From Ignavibacteriota bacterium (GTDB lineage Bacteria > Bacteroidota > Ignavibacteria > UBA10030 > UBA6906), in contig CAVVZZ010000002.1 of NCBI GenBank assembly GCA_963752915.1, positions 129,092-193,091 of the forward strand: DNA of 64,000 bases, written 5' to 3'. The notes under the pieces were generated by a model, which saw only the letters and a list, made by a program, of their open reading frames with translations, made no database searches and was not told where the DNA came from. Shown in pieces: positions 48,887 to 57,957 of the stretch. The position numbers were made by a program, and so were the translations under genes. Every line of letters begins with the position of its first letter. Position 1 is the first letter of the stretch.

Positions 48887-49807
48887 ATGGCAAAAACAGC
48901 ATGGGTGTTCCCCGGACAGGGCTCGCAATACGTGGGCATGGCCTCGGATGTCGTGATGTCGAATCCGGAAGCAAAAGCCCTGGTCCTGCATGCGGACCAG
49001 CTTCTTGGAGTTCCGCTCAGCGCGGTGATGTTCTCGGGCCCCGAGGATGAGCTCCGGCAGACGAAGAACACGCAGCCGGCAATATTCCTGCACAGCATGA
49101 CCCTCGTAACCCTGATGGGAGAGGGTCGGCCGGACATGGTGGCGGGCCATTCCCTCGGAGAATATACGGCGCTGGTGGTCGCCGGCGCAATGGCATTTGA
49201 CGACGGGCTGAAACTCGTCCGCCTCCGCGGCGAACTCATGCACAGGGCGGGGGAGATCGCACACGGGACCATGGCTGCCGTCATCGGTCTCGACCCGACG
49301 GCTGTCCGGGAACTCTGCAAGGATGCATCGGTAGCCGGAGTCGTCCAGCCTGCAAATTTCAACTCACCCGGGCAGATCGTGATCTCGGGAAGCGTTGAGG
49401 GTGTCCGCGCGGCAATGGCCCTAGCCAAAACGCGTGGTGCGAAGATGGTAAAGGAGCTTGTCGTCAGCGGCGCATTTCACTCACCGCTGATGCAGTCAGC
49501 GAAAGATGGACTGCTGCAGGCTCTGGAACGCGTTGCGATCAGCGATGCACGGATCCCGGTGTATGCCAACGTCTCGGCTGAGCCGGTCGTTGAGCGGCAG
49601 AACATCCGGCGGCTCTTGCTCGAGCAACTGACGTTACCGGTGCGTTGGGAAGAACTCGTGGTGAACATGCGACGCGACGGCGCGGAACGATTTGTCGAAA
49701 TCGGGCCCGGAAAAGTGCTGCAGGGATTGATCAAGAGGATCGACCCGGCGGCGGCGACGTGCGGGATTGACAAGGTCAGTGACATTGCGGGGTTTGACGC
49801 ACAGTGA
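48887..49807 (+). CDS. fabD: malonyl-CoA:ACP transacylase
   Basis: FPGQGSQ and GHSLGE active-site motifs. Confidence 0.92.
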   Translation: MAKTAWVFPGQGSQYVGMASDVVMSNPEAKALVLHADQLLGVPLSAVMFSGPEDELRQTKNTQPAIFLHSMTLVTLMGEGRPDMVAGHSLGEYTALVVAGAMAFDDGLKLVRLRGELMHRAGEIAHGTMAAVIGLDPTAVRELCKDASVAGVVQPANFNSPGQIVISGSVEGVRAAMALAKTRGAKMVKELVVSGAFHSPLMQSAKDGLLQALERVAISDARIPVYANVSAEPVVERQNIRRLLLEQLTLPVRWEELVVNMRRDGAERFVEIGPGKVLQGLIKRIDPAAATCGIDKVSDIAGFDAQ

Positions 49808-50421
49808 CTCTCGAACAGGCACCCTTGATCGTAAAGGGATATACGATTTCTCCCGATTTGTTCCGGAAAGGGTTCCCCGCCGGCGGCGGCCCGTGCTCCT
49901 GTGTGTCACGATGCTGCGAGGGCGGCGTCTACGTGGATCTCAAGGAACGCGAACGCATTCTCGACGTGAAGGAGCAAATCAAGGGCCAGATGGATTGGTC
50001 CCAGACCAAGGATGAATCCCGGTGGTTTGAGACTGAGGAGATGGTCCACACGGACTTCCCCTCCGGGAAATGTGTCGGAACGCAGGAGATCAACGAAAAA
50101 TGTGCGTTTCTCGACAGCCAGGGACGATGCTCCATTCAACTCGCATCGATTGCATCGGGCGATCATAAGTGGGCGCTCAAGCCGCTGTACTGCATTCTGT
50201 TCCCGATCGAGATCACCGATAACGTCATCGGTTTCGACGATCTCCTCCAGGAGGAATCCTCCTGCTGTTCGATCAAAGGTGAATTCGCGACACCGTTGTT
50301 CCGTGCATGTAAGGAGGAACTCGTCCACATCCTCGGTCCGGATGGCTATGCGTTGATCGAGGAACATTACGCGGTCACCCAACAATCGCGGGCATTGCAG
50401 CAATCGGAAGGCAGGTCATGA
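49804..50421 (+). CDS. Cys-rich protein of unknown function (resembles DUF3109) translationally coupled between fabD and fabG
   Basis: GTGA overlap with the fabD stop and ATGA overlap with the fabG start. Twelve Cys in patterns CSC...CC, C...C, CC. No FAS-II family match. Confidence 0.6.
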   Translation: MTLEQAPLIVKGYTISPDLFRKGFPAGGGPCSCVSRCCEGGVYVDLKERERILDVKEQIKGQMDWSQTKDESRWFETEEMVHTDFPSGKCVGTQEINEKCAFLDSQGRCSIQLASIASGDHKWALKPLYCILFPIEITDNVIGFDDLLQEESSCCSIKGEFATPLFRACKEELVHILGPDGYALIEEHYAVTQQSRALQQSEGRS

Positions 50422-51167
50422 ACGGACAACTCGCAGGCAAAGTGGCCCTCGTTACCGGCGGAACGCGCGGTATCGGTCGCGCCATTGTGGAGGCCCTCGC
50501 AGCCGCCGGCGCTGCAGTCGGGTTTACCTATAAGAGTTCGTCCCAGGCGGCTGACGAACTCGTCTCATCGCTCAAGGCGAACGGGAGCACAGTCATGGGG
50601 TTTCAGTCCGACGCTTCTTCACCCACGGAGGCGGCGGCAGTCGTCGACCTGGCCATCAAGGCTCTCGGCAGGATCGATATCCTTGTGAACAACGCGGGGA
50701 TCACGAAAGACGGCCTGCTCATGAGGATGAGCGAAGAAGACTGGGACAGGGTGATTACCACGAACCTCAAGAGTGTTTTTGCGATGACGAAGGCGGTTTG
50801 CCGACCGATGATGGGGCAGCGGGCAGGAAAGATCATCAATATCTCGTCCATTGTTGGATTGACGGGAAACGCGGGGCAGGCGAACTATGCGGCGTCGAAA
50901 GCGGGGATCCTCGGATTTACGAAGTCGGTTGCAAAAGAACTAGCTTCTCGCAATATTCAGGTGAACGCTGTTGCCCCGGGGTATGTCGACACAGACATGA
51001 CCCGGGCCCTCACCGCCGAGCAAACAAAAGCCCTCATCGATTTGATACCTCTGAAGCGGACGGCCAAGCCGTCGGATATTGCAGGAACGGTTGTCTTTTT
51101 GGCATCCCCGGCCGCGGACTATGTGACCGGGCAGGTGCTCGCCGTGGACGGTGGCTTGAGCATGTAA
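50418..51167 (+). CDS. fabG: 3-oxoacyl-ACP reductase
   Basis: TGGTRGIGRAI, NAG, S-Y-K catalytic triad (SSIVG...YAASK). Confidence 0.92.
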   Translation: MNGQLAGKVALVTGGTRGIGRAIVEALAAAGAAVGFTYKSSSQAADELVSSLKANGSTVMGFQSDASSPTEAAAVVDLAIKALGRIDILVNNAGITKDGLLMRMSEEDWDRVITTNLKSVFAMTKAVCRPMMGQRAGKIINISSIVGLTGNAGQANYAASKAGILGFTKSVAKELASRNIQVNAVAPGYVDTDMTRALTAEQTKALIDLIPLKRTAKPSDIAGTVVFLASPAADYVTGQVLAVDGGLSM

Positions 51168-51223
51168 TCGAAACATCATTTATCACGATAGTTCAACATC
51201 ACACATAACCAGGAGGCCGCGTC

Positions 51224-51463
51224 ATGGCTGACATTGAAGCAAAGGTCAAAGAGATCATTATTAACAAGCTCGGCGTCGACGAAGCCCAAATTACTCCTGA
51301 GGCGTCATTCACCAACGACCTCGGTGCTGATTCGCTCGATATCGTGGAGCTCGTGATGGATTTTGAAAAAGCGTTCAATTTCAGCATTCCGGACGAAGAC
51401 TACGAGAACATTAAGACGGTTGGTGAGGCAGTGAAGTACATCTCGGCGAAGAAACCCGCCTGA
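51224..51463 (+). CDS. acpP: acyl carrier protein
   Basis: [12 protein letters not shown] phosphopantetheine attachment motif. AGGAGG RBS. Confidence 0.95.
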   Translation: MADIEAKVKEIIINKLGVDEAQITPEASFTNDLGADSLDIVELVMDFEKAFNFSIPDEDYENIKTVGEAVKYISAKKPA

Positions 51464-51483
51464 CGATCCTCCATTCACAGAGG

Positions 51484-51522
51484 GTTCCCCGTCCGGGTCC
51501 TCCCCCGGCCCGAACGGGGAAC
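51484..51522 (+). promoter_or_regulatory. GC-rich hairpin between acpP and fabF (partial terminator/attenuator candidate)
   Basis: GTTCCCCG-TCCGGGTCCTCCCCCGGCCCGAA-CGGGGAAC. 8-bp outer stem with inner CCGGG/CCCGG stem. Confidence 0.45.
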
Positions 51523-51552
51523 TGATCCATCCTTACGATCAAGGCAGGAATC

Positions 51553-52800
51553 ATGAACGGTAAACGCAGAGTTGTGGTCACCGGGATGGGCGCGTTGACG
51601 CCCATCGGTCTCTCCATCGCCGAATACTGGAAGAATCTCGAAGCCGGCGTGAGCGGGGCGGCACCCATTACGTACTTTGACACGACATCCTTTGATACAA
51701 AATTCGCCTGCGAGCTGAAGAACTTCAAAGCGACGGACTATCTCGACAGGAAGGGGGCCCAGCGCATGGACCCGTTTACGCAGTACTCCGTCATTGCAAG
51801 CGATGAGGCTGTCAAGGATGCGGGATTGTCCGTCGCAGACGATGACCCCGATCGCTATGGCGTGATCTACGGCTCAGGGATCGGCGGGATGACGACCTAT
51901 GACACACAATTCCGCAACCTGATGGAGGGGGGACCGCGCCGCATCAGTCCGTTCTTTATTCCCATGCTGATCCCGGATATCGCATCGGGACAGATCTCGA
52001 TCCGACACGGGTTCAAGGGACCCAATTATGCGACGGTGTCGGCATGCGCGACCGCGTCGCATGCGATCGGCGATGCATACCGCACGATCCAATACGGCGA
52101 TGCCGATGTGATGGTCTGCGGCGGCGCCGAGGCGCCCATTACCCAGATGGGACTCGGCGGGTTTAATTCGATGAGGGCCCTGTCTACGCGGAACGATGCT
52201 CCGGAACGGGCGAGCAGACCGTTTGACTTGAACCGCGATGGATTTGTGATGGGCGAGGGCTCCGGCACGCTTATCCTTGAAGAACTGGAACACGCACGGA
52301 AGCGCAATGCGCATATCTATGCCGAGATCATCGGCTGCGGGTTTACCGCCGATGCGCACCACATCACGGCGCCGCCGGAAGGCGGAGAAGGAGCCGTGCG
52401 CTCGATGCGCCGCGCTCTCAACGACGGCGGAATTCGCCCCGAGGATGTCGACTACGTCAACGTCCACGGAACATCGACGCCCCCCGGGGATATCAGTGAA
52501 ACAAAGGCCCTGAAGTCGGCCTTCGGTGCTCACGCACGCACAATGAGCGTGAGTTCCACAAAGTCGATGACCGGTCATCTGCTCGGAGCTGCCGGCGCCG
52601 TCGAGGCGATTGCGGCAATTCTCGCCGTCGTCCATGATACCATCCCACCCACCATCAACCAGGAGACTCCCGATCCGGAATGCGACCTGAACTATACGCC
52701 GAATGTCGCCGCCCGGCATCCGGTCCGGTATGCTCTCAGCAATACGTTTGGATTCGGCGGGCACAACGCATCGCTTCTCTTTAAAAAATACGCGGAGTAA
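51553..52800 (+). CDS. fabF: 3-oxoacyl-ACP synthase II
   Basis: Active-site Cys (SACATASHA), HxTxxGD ([15 protein letters not shown]), GHLLGAAG motifs. Confidence 0.95.
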   Translation: MNGKRRVVVTGMGALTPIGLSIAEYWKNLEAGVSGAAPITYFDTTSFDTKFACELKNFKATDYLDRKGAQRMDPFTQYSVIASDEAVKDAGLSVADDDPDRYGVIYGSGIGGMTTYDTQFRNLMEGGPRRISPFFIPMLIPDIASGQISIRHGFKGPNYATVSACATASHAIGDAYRTIQYGDADVMVCGGAEAPITQMGLGGFNSMRALSTRNDAPERASRPFDLNRDGFVMGEGSGTLILEELEHARKRNAHIYAEIIGCGFTADAHHITAPPEGGEGAVRSMRRALNDGGIRPEDVDYVNVHGTSTPPGDISETKALKSAFGAHARTMSVSSTKSMTGHLLGAAGAVEAIAAILAVVHDTIPPTINQETPDPECDLNYTPNVAARHPVRYALSNTFGFGGHNASLLFKKYAE

Positions 52801-52813
52801 TCGGAGCCTCTTC

Positions 52814-53599
52814 ATGTGGAGAGTGCTCAGGAATCTTCGTCGGATCATCTTTCCGTCCCGGGACACCAGACCCGGGACGGGAGTCGAATCGCTGCTGACC
52901 GCTTCCGTCCTTCGCCGCCTCGAAACCGCTTTGGGCTTCACGATTCACAATCCCTCGTTCTTCGCTGAGGCGCTCGTTCATCGTTCGTACCTGCAGAAGC
53001 TCCCTCCCGGCACACATTCGAATGAACGATTGGAATTCCTGGGGGACGCCGTCCTCAGCCTGATTGTCGCCGAATTTCTCCACGGACGGTTCCCGAACGC
53101 CGAAGAGGGGGAACTAACCAAAACACGTTCCCGGTTGGTAAATCGCAAGGCTCTGGCAGCGTACGGCAAGGCTCTCCAGATCTCTGAATTCATCCTCCTG
53201 AGCCCGAGCGCCGCGCAGTCCGTGGACAAAGGAAGCGACGCAATCGTGGCAGACACTGTCGAAGCGATCATCGCTGCGACATACCTGGATGCGGGATTTG
53301 CGGCTGCACGGCAGTTCGTTCTCCGTTTGGTCACGGATGCCCTGACCCACCGGGCGATCGTGATCACCGACGATAATTACAAGAGCCTGCTCCTGGAGTA
53401 TGCTCAGTCGCGCGGCCTCGGCATCCCGCGGTATGTGATCGTGAATGAAGAAGGACCTGACCATGAGCGGATCTTCACGATCGATGTCCTCCTGGGCAAC
53501 GCCCGCTTCGGCGGCGGCACGGGAAAAAACAAAAAGAATGCAGAGCAGGCCGCCGCCGCTGAGGCTCTTCAGCATTTGACCCGCCCTGCAAAACACTAG
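52814..53599 (+). CDS. rnc: ribonuclease III
   Basis: RNase III signature ERLEFLGDAVL and C-terminal dsRBD. Start at the internal Met of the track ORF. Confidence 0.85.
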   Translation: MWRVLRNLRRIIFPSRDTRPGTGVESLLTASVLRRLETALGFTIHNPSFFAEALVHRSYLQKLPPGTHSNERLEFLGDAVLSLIVAEFLHGRFPNAEEGELTKTRSRLVNRKALAAYGKALQISEFILLSPSAAQSVDKGSDAIVADTVEAIIAATYLDAGFAAARQFVLRLVTDALTHRAIVITDDNYKSLLLEYAQSRGLGIPRYVIVNEEGPDHERIFTIDVLLGNARFGGGTGKNKKNAEQAAAAEALQHLTRPAKH

Positions 53600-53645
53600 C
53601 CCTCGATCGGCGAGGCCAACACAAAAGCGCAGCGGAACCGAGAGC

Positions 53646-54060
53646 GTGACCATGGCGATCATCACAGATCATGACGAGATCAAGGAGATTCTCCGCACCG
53701 CGCAGACGATTGCAGTGGTGGGACTGTCAGACAGGCCCGAGCGGGACAGTTTCCGGGTAGCCCGGTATCTCCAGTCGCAAAACTACCGGATCATCCCCGT
53801 TAACCCGCTTATTCCATCAGCGATCGGGCTTGCATGCGCGCCCGATCTCGAGAGCATCAGGGAGCCGGTCGACATTGTCGATGTGTTCCGGCGCTCTGAA
53901 TTCGTTCCTGCAATCGTCGAATCGGCGATTCGCATTCACGCCCGGACCGTCTGGTTACAGGTAGGCATTGTTCACCAGCGAAGCAGCGGCCCGCGCCGAC
54001 GCCGCCGGGCTGAATGTTGTGATGGACCGATGCATCATGGTGGAACACCGATTCCCTTGA
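53646..54060 (+). CDS. CoA-binding domain protein (YccU-like paralog); apparent 1-bp insertion frameshift near 53976-53980
   Basis: IAVVGLSDRPERDSF...VWLQVGI in frame. Conserved C-terminus [26 protein letters not shown] is in the +1 frame, ending at TGA 54058-54060 just before the next ATG. Confidence 0.6.
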
Positions 54061-54061
54061 C

Positions 54062-55405
54062 ATGCCGATCATGCCTCTCCTCCCGCGGTTCATTCTGATC
54101 ACGCTGTTCCTCCTTGTTCTCGGCGGGACCGTTGCGGCATGGTCCCAGGCGTCCCGGCAGAGCAGCGATGCTCCCCTCGGTATTATTGACACGGTGATCG
54201 TCGGCGGAAACACCAAAACGCATGCGTATGTCATCCTTGATGAAATGACGCTGCACAAGGGCGACACGGCGACGTTCAATGCCATGGAGTATGACAAGAA
54301 CCGCATTTACGGGCTGGGGCTGTTCACGCGCGTGGATATCGCCTACGATTCCCTCCAGGGGACGCGGTTCCTGTTCGTTGACGTCAATGAACGATGGTAT
54401 CTGATCCCGTACCCCATCTTCGGCTTTCGTGACGGCGACGTCAAGCGGCCGTTCGGCGGGGCGGGGTTCCTTCACAATAACGTCGGGGGACGAAACCAAA
54501 AACTCTATACCTCGGTGGTGTTCGGGAGCGATCCGTCCGCGGCGGTGTCGTTCAGCGATCCGCTCATCGACCGTGTCAACCATCTCTATTTCTCCGGGGG
54601 ACTGTCGTTCAGCCGGGTGCGGAACAAGACCGAGGTCGATGTCCAGACGACCGGACCGTTCGACGAATTGCACTACGACATGAACGGAACACTGGGCAAA
54701 CGATTCACGCTCTCACAAACGGCCGGTTTCAATCTCGGATATCATATTATCCACGTCTCCTCCTGGTCGCCGGGGAGGACTGTGTCCAATGATGGAACCG
54801 ACCGTTTCATCTATGCCACCGCCTCCTACGGCTTTGATTCCCGTGATTTGTATGAGTATGCCAGTCGGGGCGACTATCTCGGCGTCAGTTTCACCAAATA
54901 CGGTTTCGGGGAAGGGACGTTCAACATCAGCCGCCTGTTTGCGGACATGCGCGCATATCGCGAACTCCCTCTGGGACTCATCATCGCGTCGCGTCTCTTC
55001 GGGAACCTGACGTGGGGAGGAGAGGTTCCGACGTATGCCCATGTGTTCTTCGGTTACGGAGATCGCCTGCGAGGATGGTTCAATACGGTGATCGAGGGAG
55101 AAGATAACGTGGGGTATACCCTTGAGCTCCGCCGTTACATTTTTCCCCCGACGTATTTTCGGATCGGATTCGTCCCGCTTCCCCAGGAGTTCTCCATCTG
55201 GCGTTTCGGCATCGCCGCCGCCCTGTTCGCCAATACAGGGACCTCATGGTATCGGGGCGACCGGCTGAATTGGAATTCGTTGTACTCCGGCTACGGCGGA
55301 GGACTGCATTTCTTGCTCCCGTACAGCGTCATCATCCGGGTCGAATACGCATGGAACCAGTTCCACCACGGCGAGTTCATTCTCGACCTGCGCGGATCGA
55401 TCTGA
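54062..55405 (+). CDS. Omp85-family outer-membrane beta-barrel protein with a single POTRA-like domain
   Basis: Signal peptide, one POTRA-like segment, barrel motifs (GGGLHFLLPYSVIIRVEYAW) and C-terminal aromatic-rich end. 447 aa, much shorter than BamA. Confidence 0.7.
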   Translation: MPIMPLLPRFILITLFLLVLGGTVAAWSQASRQSSDAPLGIIDTVIVGGNTKTHAYVILDEMTLHKGDTATFNAMEYDKNRIYGLGLFTRVDIAYDSLQGTRFLFVDVNERWYLIPYPIFGFRDGDVKRPFGGAGFLHNNVGGRNQKLYTSVVFGSDPSAAVSFSDPLIDRVNHLYFSGGLSFSRVRNKTEVDVQTTGPFDELHYDMNGTLGKRFTLSQTAGFNLGYHIIHVSSWSPGRTVSNDGTDRFIYATASYGFDSRDLYEYASRGDYLGVSFTKYGFGEGTFNISRLFADMRAYRELPLGLIIASRLFGNLTWGGEVPTYAHVFFGYGDRLRGWFNTVIEGEDNVGYTLELRRYIFPPTYFRIGFVPLPQEFSIWRFGIAAALFANTGTSWYRGDRLNWNSLYSGYGGGLHFLLPYSVIIRVEYAWNQFHHGEFILDLRGSI

Positions 55406-55415
55406 TTTACTCCTG

Positions 55416-56153
55416 ATGCTTATGCTCGACGACGTTTTCTACGCCCCTCCCCGGGACATTCACGGCGACCGCATCGTCCTCGATGATGACGAACGCCGCC
55501 ATCTGATCACCGTAACCCGTCACGATGTCGGCGATACGATCACCGTCGTCGACGGACTGGGGACCGCCTATGCGTGCGTGATTCAGGAGATCGACAAGAA
55601 GAACGTCGTTTGCGCTGTTCGATCGCATGCGACAACGGCACTGCATCCGCGCATTGTATTGGGCTTCGGGCTCTTGCGGAATCCTTCGCGCATAGACTCT
55701 CTTGTCGAGAAGGCGACCGAACTCGGCGTTTCCAGGTTCGTCCCCGTCCTGACCGAACGCGTCCTCCACCACCGCATCAAAGCCGACCGTTGGGAGAAGA
55801 TCGCCCTTGCCGCGATGAAGCAATCAGGCCGGTCGCACTTGCCGACAATTGCTTCTCTCACCCCGCTCAACGAGTTCTTCAACGCAACACCGGCGAGTGC
55901 ACTCGCCATCATCCCGCACGAAAAAGGAAGTTACCCACCGCTGACGCAGGTGAGGGCAACACAGGACTTCGATGAGATTGCGATTTGCGTGGGGCCGGAA
56001 GGCGGGTTTACCGATGAGGAGATTGATCTTGCGGTGAAACACGGGTACCAGCCCGTAAGTCTCGGGGAGTATCGTCTACGAGCAGAAACGGCGGCGATTG
56101 CTGCGGTGGCGAATTGCAGCTTGGGAAGGCTCAGAGTAGGACGTAGGGAGTAA
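55416..56153 (+). CDS. rsmE: 16S rRNA (uracil1498-N3)-methyltransferase
   Basis: PUA-like N-domain, SPOUT C-domain with GPEGG motif. Confidence 0.85.
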   Translation: MLMLDDVFYAPPRDIHGDRIVLDDDERRHLITVTRHDVGDTITVVDGLGTAYACVIQEIDKKNVVCAVRSHATTALHPRIVLGFGLLRNPSRIDSLVEKATELGVSRFVPVLTERVLHHRIKADRWEKIALAAMKQSGRSHLPTIASLTPLNEFFNATPASALAIIPHEKGSYPPLTQVRATQDFDEIAICVGPEGGFTDEEIDLAVKHGYQPVSLGEYRLRAETAAIAAVANCSLGRLRVGRRE

Positions 56154-56163
56154 GACGTAGGAC
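56136..56163 (+). repeat. 4 x 7-bp tandem repeat GTAGGAC spanning the rsmE stop codon
   Basis: GTAGGAC GTAGGGA GTAAGAC GTAGGAC at exact period 7. Confidence 0.35.
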
Positions 56164-56238
56164 GAGAGCGGTTGCATTCATCCCAACGGCTTCGCGTATT
56201 TCGTTCCTGTACAGTCGGCCCCACTCCCCCTCCCCTTC

Positions 56239-56910
56239 TCACTCCTTGCGCATCTTCTCCTCGACAATCGACTGCACTTCCTCAAGCATCATCCGGCTCG
56301 TGCTGAGGAGAGAGCCGACCTCATCCACTTTCCATCCCACGAATTCCTGGTCGTTCAGACTATTGAGGTTGATCTTGACGTTGAGGGCCGCGCCTTCGCA
56401 GGCCGCGTGCAGCATGTGCGCGCAGACGCCGGCATCGCTGATGGACTTCACATTTCCCTTCGAGGCCACTTCCTGCGCGAGCGCGAGCGCATCGATGCAA
56501 TGTTTCATCACCTCCAGGGGAATCAGGGTGGCCTCTTTTGTGGCTTCGGCGATCGCTGCTGATCGGAGTGCTTTTTGCGGGTCGGTGTCTTTCGGCAACG
56601 CATAGGCTTCGACCACTTTTTGAAACGCGAGCGTGTCCTTTTCGATCAGGCGGGTGAAGATTTCGCGCAGCGGCTCTGCTTCACTCAGGACCTTTTTCAT
56701 GTCCTGTTCCACTTCGGCATATTTCTTCTTGCCGATGGTGAGGTTACAGACCATCGAGGCAAGTGCCGTTCCGAGAGCCCCGGAGAGTGCCGCAACGGAC
56801 CCTCCCCCGGGAGCAGGCGATGAAGATGCGACGTCGTTCAGGAAGGACGTGATGGTCGTTTTTGTCAGCATAGGGTTCCCTGCGCAAAAGATGAGGTTCG
56901 AATTCTCCAC
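56239..56910 (-). CDS. formiminotetrahydrofolate cyclodeaminase-family protein (FtcD C-domain-like)
   Basis: All-alpha cyclodeaminase pattern (GGGSVAALSGALGTALASMV). The start may be the internal Met at about 56871. Confidence 0.7.
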   Translation of the reverse strand: MENSNLIFCAGNPMLTKTTITSFLNDVASSSPAPGGGSVAALSGALGTALASMVCNLTIGKKKYAEVEQDMKKVLSEAEPLREIFTRLIEKDTLAFQKVVEAYALPKDTDPQKALRSAAIAEATKEATLIPLEVMKHCIDALALAQEVASKGNVKSISDAGVCAHMLHAACEGAALNVKINLNSLNDQEFVGWKVDEVGSLLSTSRMMLEEVQSIVEEKMRKE

Positions 56911-56931
56911 CCGCTCTCGGGTGAACCATCG

Positions 56932-57951
56932 TCAACACTGATACTCGATGACCTTTTTCTGTACGTCAAACGGCTCCAGATCGTCCAGCCCCAGGTGCGC
57001 GATCGCTTCCCGGATAAGAGTTTCCTCGTTGGATTCCTTCGGCGCGTAATACTTGCCGGCAAGAACAAGCGCCTCGATGGGCGTCAAGCCGACGATTTCG
57101 CTCCCGGTCACTTCGATCCCGAGCTGCGTCGCTTCTTTCTTCACCTCTTCGAACGCGGCATGAAGCGATGTCACATGAAAATTCGTCAGGTTCATGGACA
57201 CCTGGGCGATGTTGTGGCTCTCCAGCGACACCCCCATGGCCTTTACGGATTTCAACGTCCCGGGGAGAACGACTTTTTTACCATCGGGGGCCACGACCGG
57301 ATTTCCTTTTTCATCCTTCTTCACGCGTCCGCTCTCCCTGATCCGCGCGGCGATTTCTGACGCCGCCTTCACATCGTCGGAGGAAAGATTGACGTTATAG
57401 GCGATCAAAAACATTCTTGCGCCGGTGATGACCGCGCCGCTTTTCGCATCGAATGCCGCGGGCCCGAAATCCGGCTGCCAGTCCGCTAATTTGAGCTTTT
57501 CCTCCAGCCCTTCATACTCCCCTTTTCTGACATTTGCGAGGTTCTTCCTCTCGGGCCGGGTTGCGGCTTCTTCGTATAGATAGACGGGGAGATGCAGATC
57601 ATCGCCGACCCGTTGTCCGAACGTGCGGGAGAGCGCAGCACATTGAACCATGCTCATCCCACCGACAGGAACGAACGGCACCACGTCCGTCGCGCCAAGA
57701 CGGGGGTGTTCTCCCTTGTGCCCGCGCATGTCGATTAATTCCGTCGCAGCGCGCGTGCCTTCAAACGCCCCTTCAACCACCGCATCGGGAGTGCCGATGA
57801 ACGTCACGACTGTGCGATTGTAATCCGCGTTCGGCTCCGCGCTGATAAATTTTACTCCGGCGACACGCGAGATAGCACCGGCAATGGCGTTGATCGTCTT
57901 GATATCCCGCCCTTCGCTGAAATTCGGCACGCATTCTACGATTCTCTTCAT
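56932..57951 (-). CDS. ftcD: glutamate formimidoyltransferase
   Basis: MKRIVECVPNFSEGR N-terminus is the hallmark of the formiminotransferase domain. Confidence 0.85.
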   Translation of the reverse strand: MKRIVECVPNFSEGRDIKTINAIAGAISRVAGVKFISAEPNADYNRTVVTFIGTPDAVVEGAFEGTRAATELIDMRGHKGEHPRLGATDVVPFVPVGGMSMVQCAALSRTFGQRVGDDLHLPVYLYEEAATRPERKNLANVRKGEYEGLEEKLKLADWQPDFGPAAFDAKSGAVITGARMFLIAYNVNLSSDDVKAASEIAARIRESGRVKKDEKGNPVVAPDGKKVVLPGTLKSVKAMGVSLESHNIAQVSMNLTNFHVTSLHAAFEEVKKEATQLGIEVTGSEIVGLTPIEALVLAGKYYAPKESNEETLIREAIAHLGLDDLEPFDVQKKVIEYQC

Positions 57952-57957
57952 GAGTGT

